In this document: positions 12,013 through 24,900 of the stretch, one piece after another
Layout of the letters: every line of letters starts with the position of its first letter
Position numbering within the stretch: position 1 is the stretch's first letter
Assembly (NCBI RefSeq): GCF_963921235.1
Contig: NC_086097.1
Location: 125,676,001 to 125,740,000 of the forward strand
Length of the DNA stretch: 64,000 nucleotides
Origin: Mobula hypostoma
Lineage: Eukaryota
Direction: 5' to 3'
The notes under the pieces: model-generated
The model's input: only the letters and a program-made list of their open reading frames with translations
What the model was told of the DNA's origin: nothing
Database searches by the model: none
Translations under genes and position numbers: made by a program

Positions 12013-12269
12013 CACTCCGTGGTAAATGAGTCTGAGTAATTCCCATCAGGCAGAAGATACGAAAGCCTCTGGAACAGCTTCTACCCCACTGTTATCAGAC
12101 TCTTGAATGGACAAACACCCCACCTTGCAAATGCTCAATGTCTTGTTAAGTGTTTTTAAGGATTTAGGTAGAAAACACATTAATGAGAATCTTTTGAAAG
12201 TAAGTTTTCTCTAGCTGCTCTATCAACTTCCCTTTTAACTTTGGCGATTCCCTTTGAATGTTGCAGAGT

Positions 12270-13600
12270 AGAACACTGGCCCTTCAGCCCCTGATATTGT
12301 GCTGAACTAATGAGGCATAATGACACCTAATCTCCTCTGCTTGCTCATGCTCCATATCCCTCCATTCTCTGCATGGGCCCTGATGACGGGTCTCCGCTCA
12401 AAACATCAACTGTTATTCCTTTCCATGGATGCTGCCTGACCTACTGTGTTCTTCAAGCATTTTGTATGTGTTACTCTGGATTTTCAGCATCTGTGGATTC
12501 TTGTGTTAATTCTCTGAATATTCATGGACCTATCTAAAAGCCTCTTAGATGCCTCTAGTCACCTGCCACCACCACCCCTGCCAGGATATTCCCATCACCC
12601 ACTGTGTAAACAAAATCCTGTCCTGCTCATCTCCTTTGAACTTCCCCTCGTTAAACCTGTGCGCTTCAGTACGTGACAATTCAACCCCGCAAAGAGACTC
12701 CGTCTATCCACCCTGCCCATAGCTCTCATAACATTATAAACTTCTGCCAGATCTCCCATCAGTCCTCACAGTTCCAGATAAAACACACCTAGTCTGTCCA
12801 GCCTCTCCATATAGCATATACCACCCCAGGCATTCTGTCTTCTCCCCTCTCTCTTCAGGCAGAAGATACCACCAGGCACAAGAACAGCTTCTATGAACTC
12901 ACGGGAGGGACATACACACTTCTTCCAGGCAGCGTCGGAAATGAATTCCAAACTCTGTTGCCCCGGTCCTTGATAGCGTCATGCTAACCACTACACTACC
13001 ACGGTACCCCATTGTTATTGTTTTACCTTGTTCTAGCCCAATGCACTGTGTAGCGATTAGATCGGAATGAACAATATGCAAGATCAGCCTTTCACTTTAT
13101 CTTGGTACGTGTAACAAGAATAAACCAATATTAACGTTCTCTGTTTCAGGCAGAATGGCTGGTCAGCCTCTTCTACATCCGCTCCAAACCTTCCATATCC
13201 TTCCTGTACCTGGGGTGGCCAGAGTGGAATGCAGCACTGCAGAGTGGCAAACCAAAGCTGCAACTATCTTCCTGCATCTTGAACTCAGTGCCTCGACGAA
13301 TAAAGGCAAGCACATCATACACCTTGCTTAGCATCATATCAATTCCTCTACACTCTCTCCAAAGCCTCAACATCCTTCCTATAAAGGGGCAACCACAACT
13401 GAAAGCAATACTCAAAGACGTGGCCTGACTAGAGCTTTATAAAGCTGTAACATAACTTCCCAACTCTTGTACTCAGTTCCTCAACTAATAAAGGCAAGTA
13501 TGCCATATGCCTTGTTTAACACCCCATCAAGCTGTCTGGCCATTTTCAGGGAGTATGGACTCAGTCCCCAAGATCTCTCTATACATCATTTCACTTGTAG
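12270..13600 (-). mobile_element. Old CR1 fragments with nested pLTR and SINE pieces
   Basis: Reverse-strand RKDMEGLER and LAFIRRGTEFK remnants; pLTR insert at 12375-12508; SINE piece at ~12890-13000. Confidence 0.65.
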
Positions 13601-13614
13601 TTCACTGAAACCAT

Positions 13615-14150
13615 CCGAATCAAAATCAGAGTCAGGTTTACTATTACTGGCATAGGTCATGACATCTGTTGTTCTGCAGCAGCAGTACAGTGCCAAACAT
13701 AGCATACGATAACTTACAATTTCATATATATATATATATATATTTAATTAAGTAGTGCAAAAATAGTGAGGCAGTGTTCATGGGCTCATTGCCCATTCAG
13801 AAATCTGATGGCTGAGGGAAAGAGGCTGTTCCTCAGTCATTGAGTGTGAGTCTTCAGGCTCCTGCGTCTCCTCCCTGACGTAATGATTCAAGGACATACC
13901 CTGGTACAGTGCCGCTGCTTTAAGACACGGCTGTTTGAAGGTGAACTCACTGATGAGGAGGCGAGAGCCCACGATGGAGCTGGCTGAGTTTACAGCCCTC
14001 TGCAGCTTTCTCTGACCCGGAGCACTGATGCCTCCATTACCAGACGGTGATGCAAACAGTCTGCACGGTCTCCATGGGACATCTGGTGACAGGCCAAATC
14101 CCCTCAAACTCCTAATGAAGTATAGCTGCTGGTAAACATTTGCTTTAGGT
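13615..14150 (-). mobile_element. Rex1/Babar-like LINE 3' fragment
   Basis: ORF 13778-14206 QQLYFIRSLRGFGLS...KLQRAVNSASSIVG; (CTGATT)n-type tail. Similar fragments at ~27870-28975(-), 58085-58710(-), 59780-60600(+) and 61820-62055(-). Confidence 0.65.
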
Positions 14151-14569
14151 TTTTGTACACACATGTCACTGATACTATGAGGCACACAGTTCGTCCACTT
14201 TTCCACCCCCTCCCCCTTAGTTACTGAGAAAAGCTGGTGCTGTTGAAACTGTGTTTTGTAGTTTGCTATTTTACTCCAGTTATGTCAAGTAAGGGATCTT
14301 GGGATATTGACTCTTCTTAATGGCATCAATATGTTGGGCCCAGGATAGATCTGAACCATCCGAAAGCAAAGTGCACAGTGCAAGAATAGGACATCCACAC
14401 CTACGCCAATTAGGTCCAAGCATCACAGCACTGGAAATGCAACCTACTAATCATTCCACTTTTGTGTTCCCACACCCCGCCCCCCACCTGCCCTACATCA
14501 ATGGCACCATCAGTAACATCTCTACATCAAGGAGATCATCACTGCCCAGAGGCTCAACAACTTCCACAA

Positions 14570-14997
14570 ATGAGGATAGGCTGAGTGAGCGAGGGTATTT
14601 TCTCTTTGGAAAGGAGGAGGATGAACGGTGAGTTGATAGAGGTATACGAGATGAAAAGAGGCATAGATCAAGTGGACAACCAGATTTCTCGCCCCAAGAG
14701 AAAGATGATGAAAACCAGGGGCATAACTTTAAGGTGATTGGAGGACAGTATAAGCGGGATATCAGAGTTGAGTTTTTAACGGAAAGTGGTGGGTGTGTGG
14801 AACACCCTCCCAGGGTGGCAGTAGCAACAAATGCATTAGGGGCATTTAAGAAACCCTTAAACACCCCTCCATTTTTCTATTATCCAAGTGCCTATTGTGG
14901 GAGGGAAGGGTTAGATTGATCTTGGAGTAGGTTAAAAGGGTAGCACAACATCATGGGTTGAGGGGTCTGTACTGTGCTGTAATGTTCTATGTTCTAT
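14570..14997 (+). mobile_element. CR1 3' fragment
   Basis: EDRLSERGYF...GHNFKVIGG...; (TGTTCTA)n tail. Confidence 0.7.
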
Positions 14998-15676
14998 TCT
15001 CTAAATAAAGATGAGAAAACGGGTCACCTCTCAGGCTCCGAGTCTCTTCACCGTTTACATGGCTCAGTTCACAGACTACACAATGTGAGCAAGGGTAGGT
15101 GCAGAAACAGGAAAGTTGTCATCAACAAAAAACAGCAGCAAACTCCAACGTACTCAGTAGGAACCCACTCATCCACCGCGTGTCCATTACTTCCCCAGAG
15201 TCCACTAGGGAAGTCGAAGGCCCAATGTCTGCGAGTCCACCAATCCACTGGAAGCCAAAGAAAATGGTCTGCCCTGTTGTTAGAGGACTGTGCGTGTGCG
15301 TGGGGGGGGGGGGTGGCTAGGGCTTGTTTTGTTGCTTGGTATGTCTGTTTTGTTGTGTTGTGTTGCTCTCCCGATCACAGCGAGCATGCTGTGCAGGCTC
15401 TGGAGACATTTGCGAGCTGCCCCCGGCACATCCTTAGGTTAGACCACAGATCTGCCATTCAAGGAACAAGTGTACGAATGTACTTCCAAATTAATAATGT
15501 TATGGGAGCTCTTTCGTACGTACAGAGCATGCAAATCAGGCATTCATAGCCTGGAGATGGCCTGTATTTGAAAATCCTACTAGTTCAAATGATCTGCTCA
15601 CTGGGTAGTATTTCTCTTTAGGCACACCCGGTTCTGTTCCTGGTGCTTCCTTTAAAGTCACTGAGACTGCCTATCC

Positions 15677-16031
15677 AGAACTCCGAAACACACCGGGGGC
15701 CCCTTTCCGGAAATCTGAAATACACCGGGGCCCCCTTTCCGGAACTCTGAATCGTACCAGGCCCCCTTTCCGGAAATCTGAAACACAGCGGGGCCCCCTT
15801 TCCGCAACTCTGAATCGCACCAGGCCCCCCTTCCGGAAATCTGAAACACAGCGGGGCACCCTTTCCGGAAATCTGAAACACACCAGGACCCCCTTTCCAT
15901 AGCTCTGAAACGCACTGGGGCCCCCTTCCCGAAACTCTGAAACGCATTGGGGCCCCCTTTCTGGAAATCTGAAACACAGCAGGACCCCCTTTCTGAAACC
16001 TGAAACACACCAGGACCCCCCTTCTGAAACC
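15677..16031. repeat. ~31-bp GC-rich minisatellite, about 11 units
   Basis: Unit approximately CGGAAATCTGAAACACACCGGGGCCCCTTTC. Confidence 0.9.
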
Positions 16032-16499
16032 TGGTCCCCATTCCCTGCACTCTATTGAACACAGTGATGCCTCACTCCCCTCACTCTCGGAAATACACAA
16101 GGGCCCCATTCTTTGTTTCCATATTAACTGACCCGGTTCCATTTCTCTCAAGACTCACTTGAAGACCCTATTTTCTATGCTCCCTTAAACTTAACAGGTT
16201 CACTGGAAAATGATTATATTTCTGTGTAATGTTTAAAAAATGCACTGGTGTATTAATGTGAAAAATGACCAAGTCCAGAAAGTCTATCAGTCAGACAGCA
16301 CCAAATGCTTCACTAATGGAGTTTAATGGGTTTGTGGACTAACTAATTCCAGACTATAATAATAATTCCCTGCATTTCCTGATCCCCATTCCTCCCTCAC
16401 ATTATCTGCATTCTCATGTCTAAGCAATAGTTTCTGGCATATTTGTTGCTTTCCTTCCAAATATCTCAAATTACTGGAGTGATACTGACTGTCTCTGTG

Positions 16500-17820
16500 G
16501 AAGGCGCCAGAGAGAGGAAGTAGATGGTTACCCCTCTGACTGGAAGCCTATGACTAGTGTTTGCTACAGGGAGCGATGCTGAGTCCGCTGCTGTTTGTCA
16601 TCATCATCAACAATCTGGATGATAATGTGGTTAACTGGTTCAGCAAGTTTGCAGATTGCACTAAGCTTTGGGGTGTAGTGGACAGTGAGGAAGGCAATTA
16701 CGGCTCGCAGCAGGATCTGGACCAGCTGGAAAAATAGGCTAAAAGAAAATGGTAGATGGAATTTAACTAAGACAAGAGTGAAGTGTTGCACTTTAGGAGG
16801 ACAAACTGGGGGAGATCTTACACAGTGAACAGTAGACATTGAGGAGTGTGGTAGAACAGAAGGAAATACAGATACACATGGTGTCGCAGATAGATAGGGT
16901 CATAAGGAGAACTCATGGCACATCGACTTTCATAAATCAGGGTACTGAGTACAGGACTTGGGATGTTATTGAGGTTGCATAAGATGTTGTTGAAGCCTCA
17001 TTTGGAGCATTGGGTGCTGTTCTAGTCACCTACCGATAGTAAAGCTATCAATTAGATTGAAAGGGTACGGAGAAAATTCACAACCATGTTGCCGGGACTT
17101 TAGAATCCAACTTGTAGGGAAGGATTGAATATATTAGGACTTTATTTCATGGAGTGTGGGAGAACGAGGGGAGATTTGACAGAGCTATCCAAAAGTATGA
17201 GGGGTAAAGATAGGGCAAGTGCAAGCAGGCTTATTCCACTGAGGTAGGGTGAGACTAGAACTAGAGGTCACAGGTTGACACTAAAAGGTGACATGTTTAA
17301 GGGCAACACAAGGGGGGAATTTCTTCATTCGGAGGGTGGTGAGGACCTGGAATGAGCTGCCAGCAGAAGTGGTTTCAATTGCAAAATTAAGGGAAGCTTG
17401 GGATGGGGTATAAGACCATAAGACATAGTTGCAGAATTAGGCCATTTGGTCCATTGTGCCTACTCTGCTATTCCATCATGGCTAATTTGTTATCCCTCTC
17501 AATCCTACTCTCATGCCCCCTTTCCCATAACCTTTTACACTCTTCCTAACCAAGAACCTATCAACCTCTGCTTTAAATGACTTGGCCTCCACACAGCCTT
17601 TGGCAATGAATTTCACAGATTCACCATTCTCTGCTGAAAGAAATTCCTCTTCATCTCTGTTCTCAAGGGACATCCTCGTATTCTGAGGCTGTGCCTTCTG
17701 GTCCTAGACTCTCCCATGATAGGAAACATTCTCTCCACGTCCACTCTATCCAGGCCTTTCAATATTCAATAGGTTTCAATGAGATCCCCACTCATTTATT
17801 TAGTGAGTACAAGCCCAGAG
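16500..17820. mobile_element. Two tail-to-tail CR1 fragments (+ ~16500-17400; - ~17415-17820)
   Basis: Decayed RT C-terminal motifs (SKFAD, RTRGH); reverse tail ACCATAAGACATA at ~17415. Confidence 0.75.
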
Positions 17821-17856
17821 AGTCCTGATGAAGGGTCTCGGCCTGAAACATTGACT
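17821..17856 (+). ncRNA. Minimal hammerhead ribozyme motif in a solo pLTR (17821-17957)
   Basis: AGTC-CTGATGA-AGGGTCTCGGCCT-GAAA-CATT-GACT; stem I is AGTC/GACT. Confidence 0.6.
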
Positions 17857-18390
17857 TTTTGTTTCTTTCCATAGATGCTGCCTGTTCTGCTGAGTTCCTC
17901 AAACATTTTGTAAGTGTAAGTTGGGATTTCCAGCGTCTGCAGAATCTCTTGTGTTTAGAAATGGCACTGCCCTTTCAAGAGCTGAATGCACAAGTTAAAT
18001 CACTAACCTCGTTAACAAACATAGATGATGTGTGACATCTAAATTATTTTAATCAAATCTATGTGAACATACGTATTCCATGTACTTTATTGCACATGTG
18101 CATTAAAGCAGAGGAAACTCTGCTATAAGAATGCTGCCAATATCATGGGTTAATGGAACCAGTTTAAGTACTGAGCTAGTTTCTTCTGCTCTCAAACCCA
18201 ATAACTGCACTCGGTCTAAGATCTTATTCACTTGCCTGAGGGATGAGATTTGCTGTCTGCCATTCAATTCACAGTTCTTTGGCCAAGTTAATTTATTTTG
18301 ACGTGACATTTGGTGCTGACATTTCAGCTCTTCGGCCAACCAATATTGGGCTCTTTGAACAGAGGAGAGGAACCAGGAAGTGTATTATTC

Positions 18391-18538
18391 CATCACAAAC
18401 AAGAGAAAGCCTGCAGCTGCTGGAAATCCGAGCAACACACACAAATTGCTGGAGGAACCAAGCAGGCCAGCCAGCATCTAGGAAAGGAGTACAGTCAACA
18501 TTTCGGGCTGAGTTCCTCCAGCATTTTGTGGGTGCTGC
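18391..18538 (-). mobile_element. Short Penelope pLTR insert with an inverted segment
   Basis: 12-bp TSD AGTGTATTATTC at 18379-18390 / 18539-18550; the inversion joint lies at a shared GCTGAG. Confidence 0.8.
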
Positions 18539-20564
18539 AGTGTATTATTCAAATTATTCTGCTGTCATCAACATCTCAGCAACGAATGGGTGCAAACTGA
18601 ATGAGACAGCCAGGTAGTAACTTAATAACCAAATGGTCTTCCTATCCACTATGTATACAGCAATGATAAAGCAGCTGGAAATCCAGAGTAACACACACAA
18701 AATGCCGGAGGAACTCAGCAGGTCAGGCAGCATCTGTGAAATGGAATAAACAGTCGACATTTTAGGCTGAGACCCTTCACCAGGGCTGGAAAGGAAGGAG
18801 GAAGAAACCTGAATGTGATGGAGGGAGGGGAAGGAATACAAGCTGGAAGGTGACAGGTGAGGGGGAAAGGTAGGTTCTCAACAACTCAAAAATATGCACT
18901 CTGAAAAATAAATTACTTAAAGTCATTACATTTCCAACCTCATTTTCCGCTCAACCTAACAATTCAGATTCTCTAATTTATTACCGCTACATCGAAATAT
19001 TCAGTGAAATGTGTTGTTTGCGTTGACAACCAACACACCCAAGGAGGTGCTGGGGCCAGCCCGCAAGTGTCGCCACAGAACATACCAAGCATCAAGGAAA
19101 CAGAGGTGAAACAGCCCTATTCCTCCCCATTCAGTCCCTTATTTACTTACTTTACTCAGAGATACAGCACAGTGACCAGCCCAATGAACCCACATCACCC
19201 AATGACACCCACGTGACCAATTAATCTACAAACCCGTACGTCTTGGAATGTGGGAGGAAATCAGGGCGCTTTGAGAATGTACAAAATTCTTACAGACAGT
19301 GGGGGGTCACTAGCGCTGTAAAACCGTTACACTACTGTGCTCCCTCTACAGCTATCGATGTGCTGTGGTAATTTAACCCCCAATACCTGGGTAGCAGGCA
19401 GGGTCCAAAAAAGTGGAACCCTTGATGGTCAGTCTGATACACAGTTGGCCTCAGGACCAGGATCTTTGATGGGCAAAAATAGTAAATTAGTCCTCAAACT
19501 GATACAGTGTGGAAGGAGTCCATTCAGCCCCTCGAACCTACGGCTCCTGCTAGAGCAATCCACCAGTCCCAATCCTTGCAGTTCCCCTAGCGCCTGCAAA
19601 TTACTCCTTAGTTTTTGAAATACCTGATTTATCCTGTTTCTTCCACCTCGACTGGTAAGAAGTCTGAGTCATTATTCTCCATGTAAACCTGTTATTTTTT
19701 TCCCCTTACATCTCTCTTATATATTTGGCAATTTTAAATCTGTTTCCCATTGGTCTCTGAATCATCAGCAGATAGTATGTACATGTCATTATATACTACC
19801 CTGAGACTCCTGGAGGCATTTACAGGAAAATAAAGCAATACAATAGAACTTATGCAAAACTGTACATAAACAAAAATGGCAAACAACTAATGTGCAAAGG
19901 AAGACAAATTGTGCAAACAAATAAATAAATGCAAGTTGTAGAGTCCTTGAAAGTGAGTCCAGAGGTTTGGAATCAGATCAGAGTTGAAGTAAGTGAAGTC
20001 AGCCACGCTGGTTCAGGAGCTTGAAGTTATCTGAACCAATCATAATCTTGTTCATTTTCATCAAATCTCTTCCTGACCAGTTTTGTTCTGGGGCCAAAGC
20101 CAAAGTCAAAAATCGAGTTTATTGTCATAGGCACAAATGCATGTTTATGCGCAGGTTCAATGAAAACCTTACTTGCAGCAGCATAATCACAGGCACGTAG
20201 CAACACAAGATTCACAGGACTAGAGACAGAACATTCACAAGAAAAACATAAATTAAAATCAGGGTTGAGAATTGAAATGAAGATGGGACCAGAGAGAGGC
20301 AACATGTTGCTGGCAGCTAAAAGGAATACAGTTATACAGTATACTCAAGATCTGAAACGACTCTAACATCTACAGAAAGTGGTGGACACAGCCCTCCCTA
20401 CCACTGAGCACATTTACAAGGAGTGCTGCCACAAGAAAGCAGCGTCCATCACTGAAGACCCCCACCATCCAGACCTTCTCGATACTACCATTGGGCAGGA
20501 GGTCCAAAAGCTTTAGATCCCACACCCCATAATTCAGGGACACTTATTACCCTACACCCACCAG

Positions 20565-21100
20565 CTGCATCACGGCCTGGTTTAGAAATTGCACCATCTT
20601 GGATCGCAAGACCCTGCAGCGGATAGTGATGTCAGCTGAGAAGATCATCGGGGTCTCTCTTCCCGCCATCACAGACATTTACACCACACGCTGCATCCGC
20701 AAAGCAAACAGCATAATGAAGGACCCCACGCACCCCTCATACAAACTCTTCTATCCTGACGAAGGGTCTCGGCCTGAAACGTCGACTGTACCTCTTCCTA
20801 GAGATGCTGCCTGGCCTGCTGCGTTCATCAGCAACTTTTATGTGTGTCGCTTGAATTTCCAGCATCTGCAGAATTCCCGTTGTTTGCGATAGAAACTCTT
20901 CTCCCTCCTGCCATCTGGAAAAAAGCACCAATGCATTTGGGCTCTCACGACGAGACTATGTAAGTTTCTTCCCCCAAGCCAACAGACTCCTCAATACCTA
21001 CAGCCTGGACTGACACCAACCATGGAAAACGTTGTCTCATTTTTACTATGTTCTGTACCAGCAGTTATGGTTGAAATGACAATAAAAAGTGACTTGACTC
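20565..21100 (+). mobile_element. Rex1/Babar LINE 3' fragment
   Basis: DRKTLQRIVMSAEKIIGVSLPAITDIYTTRCIRKANSIMKDPTHPS; AATAAA followed by a (GACTT)n tail. Confidence 0.8.
20753..20892 (+). mobile_element. 140-bp solo Penelope pLTR (young subfamily) with a hammerhead core
   Basis: CTGACGA-AGGGTCTCGGCCT-GAAA-CGTC-GACTG at 20756-20788; 10-bp TSD AAACTCTTCT at 20743-20752 / 20893-20902. Confidence 0.9.
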
Positions 21101-21359
21101 CTGAACGAACATGGATAACTTCACTCACCTCAGCTCTGAACTGATCCCACAACATGCAGACTCACTTTCAGGGACTCCACAACACGTGTTCTCATTATTA
21201 TTTACTTCTTTATATATTTGCACAATTTGTCTCCTTTTGCACATTGGTTGTTTGTCAGTCTTTGTTTATGTATGGTTTTTTCAGAAATCCTATTGTATTT
21301 CTCTACTTTCCTGTAAGTACCTGCAAGGAAATGAATCCAGTGTAAGGTCCCTCACGTAT

Positions 21360-21845
21360 CCAATAAAGTGGCCACTGAGTGTGTGTTCATGATCTCCTGC
21401 TGCTGTAGCCCATCCACCTCAAGGTTTAACGTATTGTGCGTTCAGAGATGCTCTTCTGCACACCAAAGTTGTAACGTGTGGTTATTTGAGTTACCGTCGC
21501 CTTCCTGTCAGCGTGAACCACTCTGGCCATTCTCCTCCAACCTCTCTCATTAACAAGGCATTTTCACCCACAGAACTGGTGCTCACTGGATGTTTATTTG
21601 TTTTTTGCACCGATCTCTATAAACTCTAGAGATTGTTGTACGAGAAACTCTCAGGAGATCAGTAGTTTCTGAGATACTCAAACCACCCTGCCTGGCACCA
21701 ATATTCAATCCACAGTTCAGAACCACTTAGATCACATTTTTTTCACCATTCTGATATTTGACCTGAACAACTGAACCTCCTGACCCTGTCTGCATTCTTT
21801 TATGCATTGAGTTGCCGCCACACGATTGGCTGATTAGATTTTGCA
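21360..21845. mobile_element. Tc1-like non-autonomous element, partial (CACTCAGTGGCCACTTTATT family)
   Basis: AATAAAGTGGCCACTGAGTG terminus; body similar to 39345-40029. Confidence 0.7.
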
Positions 21846-21998
21846 GAGTGACATAAAGTGCTCCAACTGTGGCCAAACAAGTGCATTATAAAGGATGAGC
21901 ACAATTTCTTTTCTTTTGTGCACCTTGCCTCCAAATACAAATTTCAGGGTCCAACATGCCTCTCTAATCATTCTCTCATCACACGTTGACCAAATGAT

Positions 21999-24900
21999 AC
22001 TCAGAAGCAAAGAAAACCGGAGGAGAGAAAGGGGACGACGATGAGCAAGGAAAGGATGCTTGAAGTACAGGAGACCCCGGGGGATGTGCCTCTCGAAAGC
22101 AGATTCTCCCTCTTGGAAGCTGTCGGGACAGATTCAGTGCCGGTCTGAGAGGCGGACGGGTCTGCGAGTCAACAACTGGCGCTGAGGCAAAGCCGAGGAG
22201 ACAGACGTCAGGCAGAGCCGTGGTAGTAGGGGACTCCATAGTGAGAGGTAAAGAAGGGGGTTTCTGTGGCAACAGGCGAGATTTAAGGATGGTGTGTTGC
22301 CTCCCTGGTGCCGGGATCCAGGATGTCATGGACCGATTGCAGGGAATCCTCAAGAGTGAAGGTGAACATCCGGAAGTGGTGGTGCATGTCAGCACAGATG
22401 ACGTGGGGAAGAAGAGGAAAGACATTCTACAGTGTGACTTCAGAGAACTCGAAAGAAGGCTGAAAAGCAGGACTTCCAGGATGGTTATCTCCGGTTTGCT
22501 TCCAGTTCCTCGTGCTGGAGTGGGCAAGAACAGGGAGATAATGGATCTGAATGTGTGGCTGAGGAACTGGTGCAGGAATCAACGATTTACATTCTTGGAC
22601 CACTGGGGTATGTTTCGGGGTAATGATGAATTGTACAAAAGGGACAGGTTGCACCTTAATAAGCGGGGCACCAGCATTCTGGCAGGCAGGTTTGCCTCTG
22701 CAACATGGGTGTGTTTAAACTAAGTAGTGGGCGGGAGGGGACCAACTGGAATTATAAGGATGGAGATAAAGGGAAAGTGAGAATACAAGAAGTTAAGAAT
22801 GACAGCAGAATCAACAGAGCAGAAAGCTCAAGAAGGGATCGTACAGTATGGCCAAGTGAAATAGGAATTGATATGGGAGGTGAGGGGAGTAATGAATTAA
22901 AAGTATTGTATATGAGTGCACGGAGTATAAGAAATAAAGTGGATAAGCTTGAGGCACAGTTGGAAATTGGTAAGTATGATGTTGTGGGAATAACAGAGAC
23001 ATGGCTTCAAGTGGACAGGGCATGGGAAATGAATATTCAAGGTATACGTCCTATCGAAAGGACAGACTGATGGGCAGAGGGGGTGGGGTGGCTCTGTTGG
23101 TGTGGAATGATATTCAGTCCCTTGCGAGGGGGGGACATAGAATCAGGAGACGTAGAGTCAGTATGGATAGAACTGAGAAATTCTAAGGGTAGAAAGACCT
23201 TAATGGGAGTTATCTACAGGCCCCCAAACAGTAGTCTGGATGTAGGGTGTAAATTGAATCAAGAGTTAAAATTGGCATTTCGCAAAAGTAATGCTACAGT
23301 TGTTATGGGGGATTTCAACATGCAGGTAGACTGGAGGAATCAGGTTGATGCTGGACCCCAAGAAAGGGAGTTTGTGGAGTCCCTCTGAGATGGATTCTTA
23401 GAACAGTTTGTACTGGAGCCTACCAGAGAGAACACAATTCTAGGTTTAGTGTTGTGCAATGAACCGGATTTGATCAGGGTCCTTGAGGTAAAGGAACCAT
23501 TAGGAGGTAGTGACCATAATATGATAAGTTTTAATCTACAATTTGAGAGGGAGAAGGGAAACTCGTAAGTGTCAGTATTACAGTTGAACAAAGGGAACTA
23601 TGGTGCTATGAGGGAGGAGCTGACCAAAGTTCAATGGAACAATACCCTAGCAGGGATGACAGTGGAACAGCAATGGCAAGTGTTCCTGGGAATAATGCAG
23701 AAGGTGCAGGATCAGTTCATTCCGAAGAGGAAGAAAGATCCTAAGGGGAGTAAGGGGAGGATGTGGCTGACAAGGGAAGTAATGGACAGTATAAAAATAA
23801 AAGAGAAGTATAACATAGCAAAGACGAGTGGGAAGCCGGAGGATTGGGAAAACTTAAAGAGCAACAGGAGGTTACTAAAAAGGCAATATGTGGAGAAAAA
23901 ATGAGGTACGAAGGTAAACTAGCCAAGGATATAAAGGAGGATAGTAAAAGCTTCTTTGGGTATGTGAAAAGGAAAAAAATAGTCAAGACCAAAATTGGGC
24001 CCTTGAAGACAGAAGCGGGTGAATTTATTATGGAGAACAAGGAAATGGCAGACGAGTTGAACAGGTACTTTGGATCTGTCTTCACTAGGGAAGACACAAA
24101 CAATCTCCCAGATGTAATAGTGGCCAAAGGATCTAGGGTAATGGATGAAATGAAGGAAATTTATATTAGGCAGAAAATGGTGTTGGATAGGCTGTTGGGT
24201 CTGAAGGCTGATAAGTCCCCGGGACCTGATGGTCTGCATCCCAGGGTACTTAAGGAGGTGGCTTTAGAAATCGTGGATGCATTGGTAATCATTTTCCAAT
24301 GTTCTATAGATTCAGGATCAGTTCCTGTGGATTGGAGGGTGGCTAATGTTGTCCCTCTCTTCAAGAAGGGAGAAAGAGAGAAAACAGGGAATTATAGACC
24401 GGTTAGCCTGACGTCGGTGGTGGGAAAGGTGCTGCAGTCAATTATAAAAGATGAAATTACAACACATCTGGATAGTAGTAACAGGATTGGTCCGAGTCAG
24501 CATGGATTTACGAAGGGGAAATCGTGCTTAACCAATCTTCCGGAATTTTTTGAGGATGTAACTATGAAAATGGACAAGGGAGAGCCAGTGGATGTAGTGT
24601 ACCTGGACTTTCAGAAAGCCTTTGATAAAGTCCCACATAGGAGATTAGTGGGCAAAATTAGGGCACGTGGTATTGGGGGCAGAGTACTGACATGGATTGA
24701 AAATTGGCTGGCTGACAGAAAACAAAGAGCAGCGATCAATGGGTCCCTTTCGGAATGGCAGGCGGTGACCAGTGGGGTACCGCAGGGTTCAGTGCTGGGA
24801 CCGCAGCTGCTTACAATATATATTAATGATTTAGATGAGGGAATTAAAAGTAACATTAGCAAATTTGCCGATGTCACAAAGCTGGGTGGCAGTGTGAAAT

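Noticed and set aside
16401..16494. Possible minus-strand exon in frame with 18352-18236
   Set aside because: The acceptor tract overlaps a CR1 remnant, the donor is weak and the peptide is unrecognisable.
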